This document shows, piece after piece, positions 38,144 through 49,229 of a stretch of DNA of 64,000 nucleotides (positions within the stretch are counted from its first letter, which is position 1; the number at the start of each line of letters is the position of its first letter). The stretch lies in the IMG/VR virus record IMGVR_UViG_3300029288_000057, positions 128,001 through 192,000 of that record, one strand, 5' to 3'. The stretch is from a virus (lineage: Duplodnaviria; Caudoviricetes). The notes below the pieces were generated by a model, which was not told the origin of the DNA, searched no databases, and saw only the letters and a list, made by a program, of their open reading frames with translations. Both the position numbers and the translations under genes were made by a program.

Positions 38144-39631
38144 TTATATATAAACTATTCCTGAATAATATGCGTATATTGTCATATCTGATGTTATGTT
38201 AAAATTGGCTGTTGATGGGTCGTATATTGGTGTCGCTCCTGGGTCTACAGATGTTCCAACATTAACAGTTAAGTGACTGAAATAATAATCGCCCATAAAT
38301 CCATTGTTATTTCCATTAAAGGCAGGCGGCAATGCATCAAAGCTTATTAAAGAGTTTTTATCAACCAATAAATCTATAGAAGAACTCTGTACTGCTCCGT
38401 TGTTTATTTGTACTCCATAAGAAGATGGTGGAGAAAAGACGACACTGTTAAAAGACGAATAGATTTGTGATGAGCTTTGTCCTTGACTATTTTCTGCGAA
38501 CGCTTCAATTTCAAACACTATTTTTAATTTCATTTTCCTCTCAAATCCCGCAATTATAGTTTTTGGAATATCCATCAGTACATCTATGCTTGTATCTGGG
38601 TTTCCATTAACTATTGCTCCATTATATGTAAATCCTGTAAAATTATAATCAGGTATTGGTGTTGCTTTAATGTTAACAATTTGTGTTTGGAAATACATAT
38701 TTCCTACAGATTGTGGATTTAGATTTACTACCCCACAACTGTCTGGAACAATTTCTATGGTGAGCTTATTTACTGGTGTTGGTAATGGACATGAAAATAT
38801 ATCATAAATATCAGGAACTTCATTTGTTCCTGAGTTTGATTGAATATTTCCAGTTGGGGCTCCATTTTGTTCATATACTTCTATTATTGTATTATAATGT
38901 AAAACCCCAGTGTTCTCAATGGCACCAGTGTTTCCATTAAATCCCTGTATACAAGTTGTATCACTTGGATTACCAATCCATTTGGTGTTTAAATTTATAA
39001 AATACAAATTCTTTTTAACCCAATGTTTGTTATAAAAGAAATCAAAATCATTATTAATTTGAGCAACATTTCCATCACAATCTGTTACTGCTTCATTTAA
39101 TCCATATTTTAACTGCTCTACTATCTTCTCCCCAGTTTGACTTATAGTTAAAGTTGTAAAAATTAATTGTTGACTGTCCGTGTATTCGTAACCACTATTG
39201 GAATCTCTCATTTTTAAATATACTGAGCATCCAGTAAATGTGGTGGGGATATTGTCGATGGTATATTTTCCTCTAATTTTATTATATATATTTCTGAATT
39301 GCATATTATTATTAACTATATGTTGAGAATATGCAGTACACAGATAGTCTTCAGAAGATAAAGTTTGTGCGCTTGATATCTGAGATTGATAAACGTCTAT
39401 TCTTATATTGTCACAGTCAAACATATATGAATCTATTATTCCATATATAACAAAGCTTCTACTTTCATTTCTTTGTTTATCATAAAATTTAGTTAAATCA
39501 AAAATGTTATCGTATTTATACGGAATAATCTCCTTGTTGTCTTTTGATAGATTTATGTCAATATAAAAATCTTCGACAGTCCTTGATAAGATGTCCTCGC
39601 TACCTAATAATATTTTTTTTCTTTCGTCCAT
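38144..39631 (-). CDS. virion protein with InlB B-repeat-like (divergent) domain
   Basis: LTIEIVP..CGVV...VNIKATPIPDYNFTGF...VLMD.PKTIIAGF. Confidence 0.55.
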   Translation of the reverse strand: MDERKKILLGSEDILSRTVEDFYIDINLSKDNKEIIPYKYDNIFDLTKFYDKQRNESRSFVIYGIIDSYMFDCDNIRIDVYQSQISSAQTLSSEDYLCTAYSQHIVNNNMQFRNIYNKIRGKYTIDNIPTTFTGCSVYLKMRDSNSGYEYTDSQQLIFTTLTISQTGEKIVEQLKYGLNEAVTDCDGNVAQINNDFDFFYNKHWVKKNLYFINLNTKWIGNPSDTTCIQGFNGNTGAIENTGVLHYNTIIEVYEQNGAPTGNIQSNSGTNEVPDIYDIFSCPLPTPVNKLTIEIVPDSCGVVNLNPQSVGNMYFQTQIVNIKATPIPDYNFTGFTYNGAIVNGNPDTSIDVLMDIPKTIIAGFERKMKLKIVFEIEAFAENSQGQSSSQIYSSFNSVVFSPPSSYGVQINNGAVQSSSIDLLVDKNSLISFDALPPAFNGNNNGFMGDYYFSHLTVNVGTSVDPGATPIYDPSTANFNITSDMTIYAYYSGIVYI

Positions 39632-39643
39632 GTCTAAATATTA

Positions 39644-42600
39644 TTAATATCCACAACTTGCCATCTGACACGCTCTAGTACTCCAGAATGGGTCCCAATT
39701 TGTTGCTGCCGCAACTGTTGCTAGTGGCGTATAAGCATATCCGTTATTTGGGTTAAGTCGAGGAGTCTTTGACCAATAAAACTCCATCGCTCCACCAGAA
39801 TTTAATCTATTCGTTGCACCAACAGTTCCCCAAGAAAATGTACTTCCATCTGGATTTTGTCTCATTTCAAGCCTATCTCCAGGATTAAAATACATACCAT
39901 TAATGCTTGGACAATCTCCGTCGTAATGTTCAATATCGTTACTTATTGGGTATCCATTATTTCCATCCCTTTCATAGTATTTAATATTGGCTGCTTTCCA
40001 TATTGTATTAGCATAAAATGTATTTCCATATTGGTAGTCGGAAGCATCAAACAAACAATTTGTATTGCATTTGTCGTTAATGGTTAAATTAACAACCTTT
40101 TGTCCGCTAGAGAATCCATGCCAGGATGCACTTGTGGTAAACTTCAAAGATGTTTTTAAATATTTGTTTGTATTTTGGTCCCACGTATGGTTTCCTTGTG
40201 CTATGAACTCAAATGATGCAAAATTAGTTCGTATTGCACCAGCAGTGTTTATTACACCATATTCAAATTGTATACTTTCACCAACATCTAAGCTACTTGA
40301 TATTAAATTACTGTGAGAATAATCTCTGGCCTGAAATTTCATAACCTCGACACCAGTGTTTTCAACAGTTAATGTTACATGAGAGTCTCCAAAAGAAGGA
40401 AATTGGTCTGGTATCCAAAAGTTTAGTAATTTAACTGGACTTCCAGAGCTGTTTCCAGAATCGTCACTTGTAAAATACATTTCCTCTATGACAAATTTTG
40501 TGTATGTAGGTATAATTGGCTGAGGTATATCATAAGGAACTCTTCCTGAACCTTCTATTATTCTATATATATTTAATTTGTCATTAATTAAAAAGTTTGT
40601 GGTAAGCTTTCCCCCCAAGTCCATTGAAATACTCTTACTATTATTTAAAACGGAGTATGAGTTATATTGTGGAACTTTTGCTTTTAAATGCCACCAAGGT
40701 AACTCTGTTTGTTCTGCAATTGTTGAGAGACCATTTTGCCCAACGTTTGGGTGTGCATTTATATCAACCTGCTTCGGAGAAAACCCAATTAAGCCAGATG
40801 GAATTGGAACTATTCTTGGCATACTTGAGGGAAATAGATAATATCCATATCCAGCCTCTATGCGTTGAAACTCTTCCGCATTTGGTACAGTTGACGTGGC
40901 GCCCACCCCTGTTCCATTGTCTAAATTGTTACAATATCCATTTGTATAACATCCAAAATATTGGTTTTGTCCACCTAAAGTTCCTGCCCCAATTGGTTCG
41001 TATCTATACATGTCAGAATTTTGTACTCCACCAATAACATCCGTTGCAAAATCTGTATATTGTTCTACTGAATACCATGATAATCCCCAACCATTCCATC
41101 CATAATAACCATTGTTTAACCATGAACTTCCAGGCACCAAATCTCCATCTGCAAATCTTGGGGTTTCTATATATTCTCTATTTGGGTCATTATAATAATC
41201 AACGAAATTTTCAATCTTGGGTGGTTTTGGAATAGAATATGATTTTGGATAGTCTTTCGTCCAAGCCTTTTCGTAAGGAAATATGCCCAGTCCAGTGCCT
41301 TTTGCATTATATGAACTAATTGCTGGCTCGTTTATGCTTAAATCAGAAATTTTATCATATAATGAACAATGAAAATGGTCTCTATCATACCACTTCACCC
41401 CTCCTTGATTTTCTAGGGCAAGCCCAGTAGTTCTATAAAAAGACCGTTCTTTTGTCAAAAAAATCTTAAGTTGATATCCACACAACCAAGTTCCTTTTAA
41501 AAAAGTGTTTCCACTTTGTGGCTCTGCAAATTTATCTGTTTTGTAACCGTTGTTATCATATATGTTTGCAGGTAATTTAATTGCATGAAATGCATATGTA
41601 TGGAACAATGCTTTATCTTTAATTTGAGAAAATTCATTTGCCCACTCCCATTGTTGTCCAGAATTTTTATCAACTATATCCTGTATCTCCACCATTTGAA
41701 TTCCTTTTGATGGGTAAACCTCCAATTGTTCTTCAACAGTTAATGCAGACAACTTTTTTTTGTTGTATTTACTCATATCCCTCACTTGAACAGTTAACGG
41801 TGCTCTAGAGATTTTTCTATATGCTGCATCGTCTATGGCATATCCTTGATATGTAATTGGAGGGAATATATAGGTTGCCCATTTTCTTAAATCCAAATTA
41901 ATAGATATATCAACTTCTGTATATCCTGTTTGATATGATTCTCCCCAACTTGGAACTACATCTATTGGAATTGCTCTATAAAAATAATGTGGAATAGTAT
42001 CAATTGATGCGTTCTCAAAATTCGGCGGATAAGGAAAAAAGTTTAATGCAACCTCGTCCTTTGTCAATCCTTGTTTTAACAAGTCAACTTCAAAGAATAA
42101 AATCTGTGGACCGACTTCTATGTTGTGCAATATAAATTCACCGTTTTCATTAGTGTATACGACATTTGTAAATGTTGGATGAAGATTTAATCCGTCTAAT
42201 GGAACTTGTGTTAAAAACTCATTGTCAAATGATGCAGATTCTGAGTTAAAATAATATGTTGCACAATCTGATGGATAAGACTCTTCAGTTGACGTAAGGG
42301 GCCTGTAGTTTAACTTCAATCTATTTCCATCTTTATCTACATCATTAGGGGTTTCAAAATCTGGAGAAGAAACAAAAATTCCAACTGGAACATTCCTTAA
42401 AGGAATTCTCAACCTGTTACCATTTTCGTCTGATATTTTTTGTATAGCTTCTAATTTTCCGAAAACAACTCCAGTTGTAGATTCTCTAATTGTATATTCA
42501 CCAGATACTTTATTATATATGTTTAAAGTATCCAGAATGTCAAATGTTCTTTCGAGCTTAACGCTTGCATACAAATCGTCCAACTCAGTATCTTCAAAGA

Positions 42601-43009
42601 AAACATAAGATGTGGTTCCAGCTGTAAACTGAGCATCCATGGCTTCAACGAAATTACTTGTTATAGTGTCAATTGATGCTTGTGTTAGTTGTGAATCGGA
42701 AACCTGGGAGAATGTCCTTCCTGAAATATAATCAGAATCTGGGAAAAAAGACCCAAACACATAATTCATTTTTATTTCTGAATTATACCAATTCGATTGG
42801 GTGTTTCTTTTCCATAAAATAGTAGAAGGGTCACCAGTCAAAGTCACCCCATCAAAAGTGTTAAGCTCTAGGGGAACTTTTTCTGTGGAACTAATTCTCA
42901 TAACAGCAGGAACTGTCGAAACAGAATAATTGTTTTCGTTAATGTCTGTATTAAAAAAATAAATAGTAGTTCCAGTTCTACTTGCTTTTATTAGAATTTC
43001 CTCTTGCAT
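39644..43009 (-). CDS. large baseplate/tail virion protein
   Basis: 1121 aa, GVVFGKL...IPLRNVPVGIF...TNENGEFIL beta-sandwich segment; downstream of the gp6-like gene. Confidence 0.6.
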   Translation of the reverse strand: MQEEILIKASRTGTTIYFFNTDINENNYSVSTVPAVMRISSTEKVPLELNTFDGVTLTGDPSTILWKRNTQSNWYNSEIKMNYVFGSFFPDSDYISGRTFSQVSDSQLTQASIDTITSNFVEAMDAQFTAGTTSYVFFEDTELDDLYASVKLERTFDILDTLNIYNKVSGEYTIRESTTGVVFGKLEAIQKISDENGNRLRIPLRNVPVGIFVSSPDFETPNDVDKDGNRLKLNYRPLTSTEESYPSDCATYYFNSESASFDNEFLTQVPLDGLNLHPTFTNVVYTNENGEFILHNIEVGPQILFFEVDLLKQGLTKDEVALNFFPYPPNFENASIDTIPHYFYRAIPIDVVPSWGESYQTGYTEVDISINLDLRKWATYIFPPITYQGYAIDDAAYRKISRAPLTVQVRDMSKYNKKKLSALTVEEQLEVYPSKGIQMVEIQDIVDKNSGQQWEWANEFSQIKDKALFHTYAFHAIKLPANIYDNNGYKTDKFAEPQSGNTFLKGTWLCGYQLKIFLTKERSFYRTTGLALENQGGVKWYDRDHFHCSLYDKISDLSINEPAISSYNAKGTGLGIFPYEKAWTKDYPKSYSIPKPPKIENFVDYYNDPNREYIETPRFADGDLVPGSSWLNNGYYGWNGWGLSWYSVEQYTDFATDVIGGVQNSDMYRYEPIGAGTLGGQNQYFGCYTNGYCNNLDNGTGVGATSTVPNAEEFQRIEAGYGYYLFPSSMPRIVPIPSGLIGFSPKQVDINAHPNVGQNGLSTIAEQTELPWWHLKAKVPQYNSYSVLNNSKSISMDLGGKLTTNFLINDKLNIYRIIEGSGRVPYDIPQPIIPTYTKFVIEEMYFTSDDSGNSSGSPVKLLNFWIPDQFPSFGDSHVTLTVENTGVEVMKFQARDYSHSNLISSSLDVGESIQFEYGVINTAGAIRTNFASFEFIAQGNHTWDQNTNKYLKTSLKFTTSASWHGFSSGQKVVNLTINDKCNTNCLFDASDYQYGNTFYANTIWKAANIKYYERDGNNGYPISNDIEHYDGDCPSINGMYFNPGDRLEMRQNPDGSTFSWGTVGATNRLNSGGAMEFYWSKTPRLNPNNGYAYTPLATVAAATNWDPFWSTRACQMASCGY

Positions 43010-43010
43010 G

Positions 43011-43916
43011 TTATTTGCTGTTATATTCTTTTAATAAATTTTCTAATGAAATAGAACAATTTAAACTTTTAGTTAAATTTTCTTTCCAAGGTATCATTTC
43101 TAAATTACATATATTTCCAATTATTTTTGGGCAAACATTGTTTCTAAAACCAGAAGTTATAGAATATTTGTGGTCTAAATGATATGCGTTTTTATTTTTT
43201 GCGCCGCCTCTTTTTTCGTAGTTTTTTAACTCTGACAATGGTTGTTTATTAGTTTCACATCTTACTTTTTTACAATATTTTTTAAATTCTGGCAATGTTT
43301 TTTGAAACTCCTCATATGTATATCCTGTTTTTTTTAAATATATGTGGTCATATAATCCGTTTTCTTTTCTTTTTTTTCTTGTTGTCCTTACTTTTTCTTT
43401 TGTTTCTTTAGATTGTTGTATGCCAATCATTCCCTTATTTTTATTTTCAGTCCTTACAATACTAAGATTTCTTAAAATTCTTCCAATACCACTATAGGAC
43501 ATATTTGTTAATTTTCTCACTTGGTTTATTGATTTTCCTTCTTTATATAATTTAACAATTTCTTCTTGTAGTGGATTAATATAATTGAAGTGTCCTGCTG
43601 GTCTGATATTAATTTTGTTAGAGTGTAGAATGTTTAAAACACTTCTATGTGTACATTGTGTTATATCAGCAATTTTACGTGATGTAAGTCCTTCTTTATA
43701 TAATTTTATAATTTCATCAATAGGCAATAAGGTGCCCCTTAATTTACCTTTCTTTGATTCGCTTAAATTTCTTCTTTTAAATCCGTTTCTTTTAAGAATA
43801 TTTGAAATAGCAGTAGAGCTTAAATTAAATTTTAACCCAACATCTGTTGTGCTTAATTTTTGATTTAAATATAAATCTAAAATTTTGTTTTCTATATCTT
43901 TTGATGTTTTTACCAT
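43011..43916 (-). mobile_element. free-standing HNH homing endonuclease with HTH repeats and NUMOD3-like motif
   Basis: three I..LY..G.S HTH-like repeats; QSKETKEK; YHLDHKYSI...NLEMIPWKENLTK; probable start MVKTSK. Confidence 0.75.
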
Positions 43917-43932
43917 GTTAACAACTTGAATA

Positions 43933-45840
43933 TTAAGCAATTCTACAGCGTATGTCCTTCTCAGGGTAACGCACCTCAAACATTGACACTGGCGTACTAA
44001 ATATAGTATTGTCTATAAATTCTATTTGTGTTTTATAAACACCTTGTACCAAATCTTCTGTTCCTTGTCCAGTGGCTTGTGAGCACAAAATTGAAGAATA
44101 TAATCCTCCTTCCATATTGTAAAACCTAATATCTACAACATTAATAACCCCAGGCACCTCTCTTAAAATATCTGTTAATTGTGAAACATATATATGTTGA
44201 TTCATTTGCCAGTTATCAATATTAAAAAAATCTTTAATTTTTAAAATTGCATTCAACTTTATTTCACTTCCATTATATGTCTTATCTGTAAGTAAATCTG
44301 CTTGTATTTCCAGATTCACAAATTTTCCATCATTAATTTCTACAAAATCATTAATCATTCTATATGGAAGAAGATACTCGGCCAAATTTCTTTTTACCTC
44401 TCCAGTGGAGACCGTGTTAAGCTTGTCGTTTGCATCTTTCGTTAAAAAATATAAAATAACCTTATTGTCATTTACCTCTCCGTGGATTCTGAATGGAGCC
44501 CCAAACTTTCCAGGGATTTGATATGCTCTCGAAATATAATCCTCAAGTGTTACACATCTATCTTGAGACGCAAAATTTGATGCTATAAAATTCTTTATTT
44601 CACTAACCGTTGGCAATCCCCTGCCTCCTATTGCTGGTATTGGGTTAGTTGCTCTAATAGATGATAATACTGTTTGGTTTATGTTTGCATCTGAACCTAA
44701 GATTACTCCAGTTACATTTCCAACAGATTGTAACACATTTGAACCGACATTACTTAAAGAGCCGCCACCAATTCTATATTTTATATATATTGTTGAATTC
44801 CCTGGAACCATTACTCCCAATGCTGGGTTTAACAGTAGTGAAGACACATTTAGGCTTGTGTTTAGATTGCAACAACTAACGTTTGTAAGTCCTTGTAAAT
44901 ATTCTTCATATGAATCGTAATTTTCAGACCCCCCACCAAAAGTTAGTTTACAAGTTCCATCAGACATAAACTCTTTAATAAATCTTTTAGAAACTTGCAA
45001 ATATTTTCCTATTTTTACTCCATTAACACTTGGTTCATTATCGTCTTCCACAAAAATTCTATCCGTTGCCAAATAATCAACTTCCCAATATCTTTTGTCG
45101 TTATCGTGATAATCTTCATAAGTTGGGGTTTTGCTTAATCCAACTCCAGTTTCTACTATTACATCAACTATTTCCAACACATTGTTTTCTGGTAACGTAA
45201 CCTGCATAAATGGTTTTTCATTTCCAGATACAACTTCTACTTTTAAAACTCTAGTAATTCCTGCTTTTACTAATTCTCTTTTAAGAATTCTATATTTTAT
45301 AAGGTCTTGATTTCCGTTTAATACTGGCTGAACGGTTCTGTTTGCTTTCCCGTCCTCACTGAAATCACTTGAAAAGTCCACTTCATTGACGGTCTCAAAA
45401 GTTTGACCACCCCCTCCAATTTGAAGTCCTGGCCTTAAAACTGGTGTATAATTATAATCTGGACCATCTGTGGTTGTTGGAACTTCTACAATTATATCTA
45501 CAATGGTGAGTGCTGGTCTAACTCCAGGGACTTTAAAACCCATGGTTTTCGCCATTCTATATACAGCACTTCTTTGCTGCACCCCGTCTAAGAAAAGTTC
45601 GTTATATTTCTTGTCAATGGAGTATGAAAGTAAATCTCCAACATAAGCATTTAAATCTAAGAGAGCCATACCTGGTGATGCAACGTTAAAATCTTGCCAT
45701 TGCTCTGGGTAAAAAGCTTTTAGATAATTAATTAAATCTGTTCTTATAGTTTGGAAATCACTACTTAAATAGTTAACCTGTTGGGTACCTACTGCTGATT
45801 GAGTAAATTGTGAGTCTAAATTTAAACTGGTATTTGGCAT
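43933..45840 (-). CDS. baseplate wedge subunit (T4 gp6 / baseplate-J-like)
   Basis: DFQTIRTDLINYLK...DFN..SPG..LLDL.AYVGD.LSY; YRIGGG..SNV; FASQDRCVTLEDY. Confidence 0.88.
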   Translation of the reverse strand: MPNTSLNLDSQFTQSAVGTQQVNYLSSDFQTIRTDLINYLKAFYPEQWQDFNVASPGMALLDLNAYVGDLLSYSIDKKYNELFLDGVQQRSAVYRMAKTMGFKVPGVRPALTIVDIIVEVPTTTDGPDYNYTPVLRPGLQIGGGGQTFETVNEVDFSSDFSEDGKANRTVQPVLNGNQDLIKYRILKRELVKAGITRVLKVEVVSGNEKPFMQVTLPENNVLEIVDVIVETGVGLSKTPTYEDYHDNDKRYWEVDYLATDRIFVEDDNEPSVNGVKIGKYLQVSKRFIKEFMSDGTCKLTFGGGSENYDSYEEYLQGLTNVSCCNLNTSLNVSSLLLNPALGVMVPGNSTIYIKYRIGGGSLSNVGSNVLQSVGNVTGVILGSDANINQTVLSSIRATNPIPAIGGRGLPTVSEIKNFIASNFASQDRCVTLEDYISRAYQIPGKFGAPFRIHGEVNDNKVILYFLTKDANDKLNTVSTGEVKRNLAEYLLPYRMINDFVEINDGKFVNLEIQADLLTDKTYNGSEIKLNAILKIKDFFNIDNWQMNQHIYVSQLTDILREVPGVINVVDIRFYNMEGGLYSSILCSQATGQGTEDLVQGVYKTQIEFIDNTIFSTPVSMFEVRYPEKDIRCRIA

Positions 45841-45851
45841 TTTTTATTTTT

Positions 45852-46232
45852 TTAAGGTTGTATAACAAAACTTACTGAAACATTATCTTCTACTTTTAAA
45901 TCAATTATATAATAATAAAGAGTTAAATGTAAAAGGTGCGTCTCTTCTTCAAAAACAAATTTTATTTTTCTCACATCTATTTCTGGAAAAAAATCAGCGA
46001 GCTTTTGTTTTAACTCATCTGTTAATGACGCTTCACTCAACTCATCCCACACTTCCATAATATAATCATATAACGGGGAATATAGTGCATTATTCATGAC
46101 TCTTTGACCTCGTTTCATGGTTAGGAAAGAAGTTAAATTAGATTTTATAGCTTCGGTGTCTAATTGTGTATATCCAATTACACCGCCGTTATACGTTTCT
46201 TCAAATGGAAATTTTATACCTAATGATTGCAT
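45852..46232 (-). CDS. baseplate gp25-like protein
   Basis: GIKFPF...AIKSNL..FL.M.RGQRV.N. Confidence 0.8.
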   Translation of the reverse strand: MQSLGIKFPFEETYNGGVIGYTQLDTEAIKSNLTSFLTMKRGQRVMNNALYSPLYDYIMEVWDELSEASLTDELKQKLADFFPEIDVRKIKFVFEEETHLLHLTLYYYIIDLKVEDNVSVSFVIQP

Positions 46233-46249
46233 AATTTACTTTGTTTAAA

Positions 46250-46257
46250 TATAAATA
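46250..46257 (-). promoter_or_regulatory. late promoter motif TATTTATA
   Basis: 17 nt upstream of the ATG at 46232. Confidence 0.65.
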
Positions 46258-46322
46258 TTCCTTAAAAAAAAATAAACGTTTATATTTATGAGTAAGCATT
46301 TTGAAAAAACAATAAAATAGGA

Positions 46323-46330
46323 TATTTATA
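46323..46330 (+). promoter_or_regulatory. late promoter motif TATTTATA
   Basis: 11 nt upstream of the ATG at 46342. Confidence 0.65.
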
Positions 46331-46341
46331 ATAAAAATAAA

Positions 46342-47757
46342 ATGTCAGTTTTTAGAATATACCCATCAAAAAGCAATACAATTGCTGGAGGTTCATATGT
46401 CGCTTTAAATTCTGGGCAAAACGCCGTAACAGACTTGTGGTACGGCGGCGGCGGAACGGACACCGCCCCAGAAAAAAGAAACTCATACAGCAGATTTTTA
46501 TGTAAATTTGATTTATCTGATTTACAAAGTAAATTTAATTGTAAAGAAATTAACGAATCTTTAGTTTCATCATATAATTTAAGGCTAACTAATTCAAAAC
46601 CATCAGATTTAGCGCTTGAGGATGAATATGAATATGATGTCTTACACAAAAAGGTCGCATCCTCATTTGATTTAATTTGTTTCCCAATAAATAAAGATTG
46701 GGACGAAGGAAGAGGATATGATTTAATAAGAGAAATTTATATAGTAAAACAAAAGGGGGATTATTTAATTTCAGCAGTGTCAAATTGGAATTATGCAACA
46801 ACCACAACTGCATGGGATGAATCAGGTGTATATACAAACCCAACAGCATCTACATCTTTCTATTCTACACAACATTTTGACATAGGCAATGAAGATATAA
46901 ATATGGATATAACCAACATTGTAAAAAATTGGTTAAGTGGTGGGTCAGAAAACTATGGTCTCGGAATAGCTTATAGGAGAGATTATGAGCTATTAAGTAC
47001 CGACACAAGATATATCTCTTCATTTTTTACAGAAAAGACGAACACGGCCTTTAAACCATGTTTAGAGGTGATTTATAACCAGGTAATACAAGACGATAGG
47101 AAACAGGTCTCAAACAATAGACCATGTAATCTGTTTTTATATACTTTTAGTGGACATAATTTCGCCAACATAACCCTTTCCGCCGTAACGGTTGATATTA
47201 AAAGGGGAAATACCAATATATATACTGGTTTGACGCCAACACAATTGTGCACTGGAACATATTATGTTAACGTTTGGATGTCTGGGGCAACAGCTGGAGA
47301 AAAGTACACAGACGTTTGGAACAATGTAAGTTTTAGCAATTATGATAATCAGAACATAGAACAAACTTTCCAAGTACAAAAGAACTATTATACAACAACC
47401 AAACCAAGTATTAATGAATATGTTCTTGAAGTGTATGGTGTTGAGCAAGGTATGATTGTGAATCAAAATGAAAAAATAAGAGTTTATTGTGATTTAAGGG
47501 TTAATTATAGCACATCACAGCCTTCCACTTCTTATTCTTTGCAGTACAGGCTGATTATGAATAGCCAATCCGAAATAATTCCGTGGACTGAAGTTAATCA
47601 GGCTGTAATTGATGATTGCAAGACAAATTATTTTGATATAGATGCCTCATGGTTGTTAAGCAATCAAACATATCAAATAAATTTTAAAATAAACGAAATG
47701 GGCACCAGCAGAGTTATGCCAGAAAGATTAGACTTAAAAATTATAAAACCATTTTAA
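46342..47757 (+). CDS. virion structural protein (DNRLRE-like N-terminal domain)
   Basis: IYPSKSNTI...N.G...SRFL.KFDLS...WDEG.G...MDITNIVKNWLSG..NYGL...FFTE.T...P.LEV. Confidence 0.55.
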   Translation: MSVFRIYPSKSNTIAGGSYVALNSGQNAVTDLWYGGGGTDTAPEKRNSYSRFLCKFDLSDLQSKFNCKEINESLVSSYNLRLTNSKPSDLALEDEYEYDVLHKKVASSFDLICFPINKDWDEGRGYDLIREIYIVKQKGDYLISAVSNWNYATTTTAWDESGVYTNPTASTSFYSTQHFDIGNEDINMDITNIVKNWLSGGSENYGLGIAYRRDYELLSTDTRYISSFFTEKTNTAFKPCLEVIYNQVIQDDRKQVSNNRPCNLFLYTFSGHNFANITLSAVTVDIKRGNTNIYTGLTPTQLCTGTYYVNVWMSGATAGEKYTDVWNNVSFSNYDNQNIEQTFQVQKNYYTTTKPSINEYVLEVYGVEQGMIVNQNEKIRVYCDLRVNYSTSQPSTSYSLQYRLIMNSQSEIIPWTEVNQAVIDDCKTNYFDIDASWLLSNQTYQINFKINEMGTSRVMPERLDLKIIKPF

Positions 47758-49067
47758 TTAATTCTGACATGATTTGATAGGATATTCTGTAGAAATCCGT
47801 CTACGGTATATTTCTTTAACTCATCCGATATTGCTGTTGACAACAAAGGTGTTGCAGGGTTATGAATATGTTCTAATAATAATCTAATTATTAAATCAAG
47901 AACCCTAACTGCCTCATCTCCAAAAACAGCTGGGTGAAGTGAATCTGAAAATGCACCAAAAGATTTTAAATCTTTGTTTATTTCAAAAGTTTTTAAATCG
48001 TCTCCCCTAAACTTTCCCCTGGGAGAGTAAATGTTAATATTTGTTGATGTCAGTGTTGCTTGTGAATATCTTTGCAACAATTGTTCATTATTGGTTGGCG
48101 GCGTTGTTGCCGATGGAGTTTTTTTTGTGTCAAAAGTTGCTGGTAAATTTTTAAACTCATCTTCGGTAGATGTAAAAACCCAAAGCTTATATTTTTGCTT
48201 TGCTTCTTTAATTTTTTCATTTAACCAATCAACAGTTTGTTTTCTTTCCACGAAAGTATTCAACTCATTTTTTAACTCAAAATTGTTTTTTAATTCTGTA
48301 ACAATTATTTTACCGACAAATCGATTATTAACATCTAAACTTATGCTAACATTAATGTTGTGGGTTGGGTCTGGAGAAATTGTAGATTCCTGTGTTTGTT
48401 GGCTTGCTCTTATTTGTTTTAAATTTAAATAGGAAGGCGTCTCTTCATTTATTGTAAAATTATTTTCGTTAAGTTTCCCAGAAATTAACAAAGCCTCTCT
48501 GTTTTTTAATATCAAATCTGCATCATTTCTCCCTTGTACTGCCACGTCTGATTCTGCTGGGAAAACACTGGCGAGGTCTAAAGAGCTATTAATCTTTTTG
48601 CTTGACAAAAAATCTGTTTTGTTAAAAATTTTAGCAGAATCTTCATAGGATTGAAACTTTAACTTTAACTTTGACGAAATGATAGGTCCAATCCAATATC
48701 TAACACTAGCACTGTTTTTTGCGTTTTCCATAATCACAAAAACCATTTCCCCCACCTGTGGTCTTACGTGAAAGAACTCTGGTAAAAGCGGAATGCATAA
48801 AACCAAACTATCGTCTGATATACCCCTATCCTTCCCAGCATAATTATTAAAGTTTTCCTGATTGTTTGATGTAGATTTTCCTTGTATTTTTCCGTCATCA
48901 TCAAGAGTTACAATTCTTGCCCTTATTCTGTTTTGCTCTGAATTATCATTGGTGCCATATGGAACAACAATCGCTGGATATATTGCTCTATCATTTTCTA
49001 TGCTAGCGCTATAATCTCCTTGCCCAGAATTTTGAAGTGCTCTTTGTGCTAAAACATCATCTTTCAT
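47754..49067 (-). CDS. baseplate central spike (gp5/gpV-like)
   Basis: OB-fold RIRARI...PLLP.FFHVRPQVGEMVFV...RYWIG; C-terminal HPAVFGD...EHIH (HxH apex). Confidence 0.75.
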   Translation of the reverse strand: MKDDVLAQRALQNSGQGDYSASIENDRAIYPAIVVPYGTNDNSEQNRIRARIVTLDDDGKIQGKSTSNNQENFNNYAGKDRGISDDSLVLCIPLLPEFFHVRPQVGEMVFVIMENAKNSASVRYWIGPIISSKLKLKFQSYEDSAKIFNKTDFLSSKKINSSLDLASVFPAESDVAVQGRNDADLILKNREALLISGKLNENNFTINEETPSYLNLKQIRASQQTQESTISPDPTHNINVSISLDVNNRFVGKIIVTELKNNFELKNELNTFVERKQTVDWLNEKIKEAKQKYKLWVFTSTEDEFKNLPATFDTKKTPSATTPPTNNEQLLQRYSQATLTSTNINIYSPRGKFRGDDLKTFEINKDLKSFGAFSDSLHPAVFGDEAVRVLDLIIRLLLEHIHNPATPLLSTAISDELKKYTVDGFLQNILSNHVRIN

Positions 49068-49069
49068 AA

Positions 49070-49228
49070 TTAACTCTTTTTTATTTCTTCGAGAACTTTA
49101 ATATATTCCATTTCAATTGCATCCATTTCCTTCAACATATCTTCAATCACTAGCTTTAGCTCAGCATGTTTATCTGCCAACTTTTGTGCACATTCTAACA
49201 ATTCTTGTTTGCTTTTTTTGTTTTCCAT
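49070..49228 (-). CDS. small coiled-coil hypothetical protein (52 aa, below track cutoff)
   Basis: MENKKSKQELLECAQKLADKHAELKLVIEDMLKEMDAIEMEYIKVLEEIKKS fills the gap exactly. Confidence 0.6.
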   Translation of the reverse strand: MENKKSKQELLECAQKLADKHAELKLVIEDMLKEMDAIEMEYIKVLEEIKKS

Positions 49229-49229
49229 A

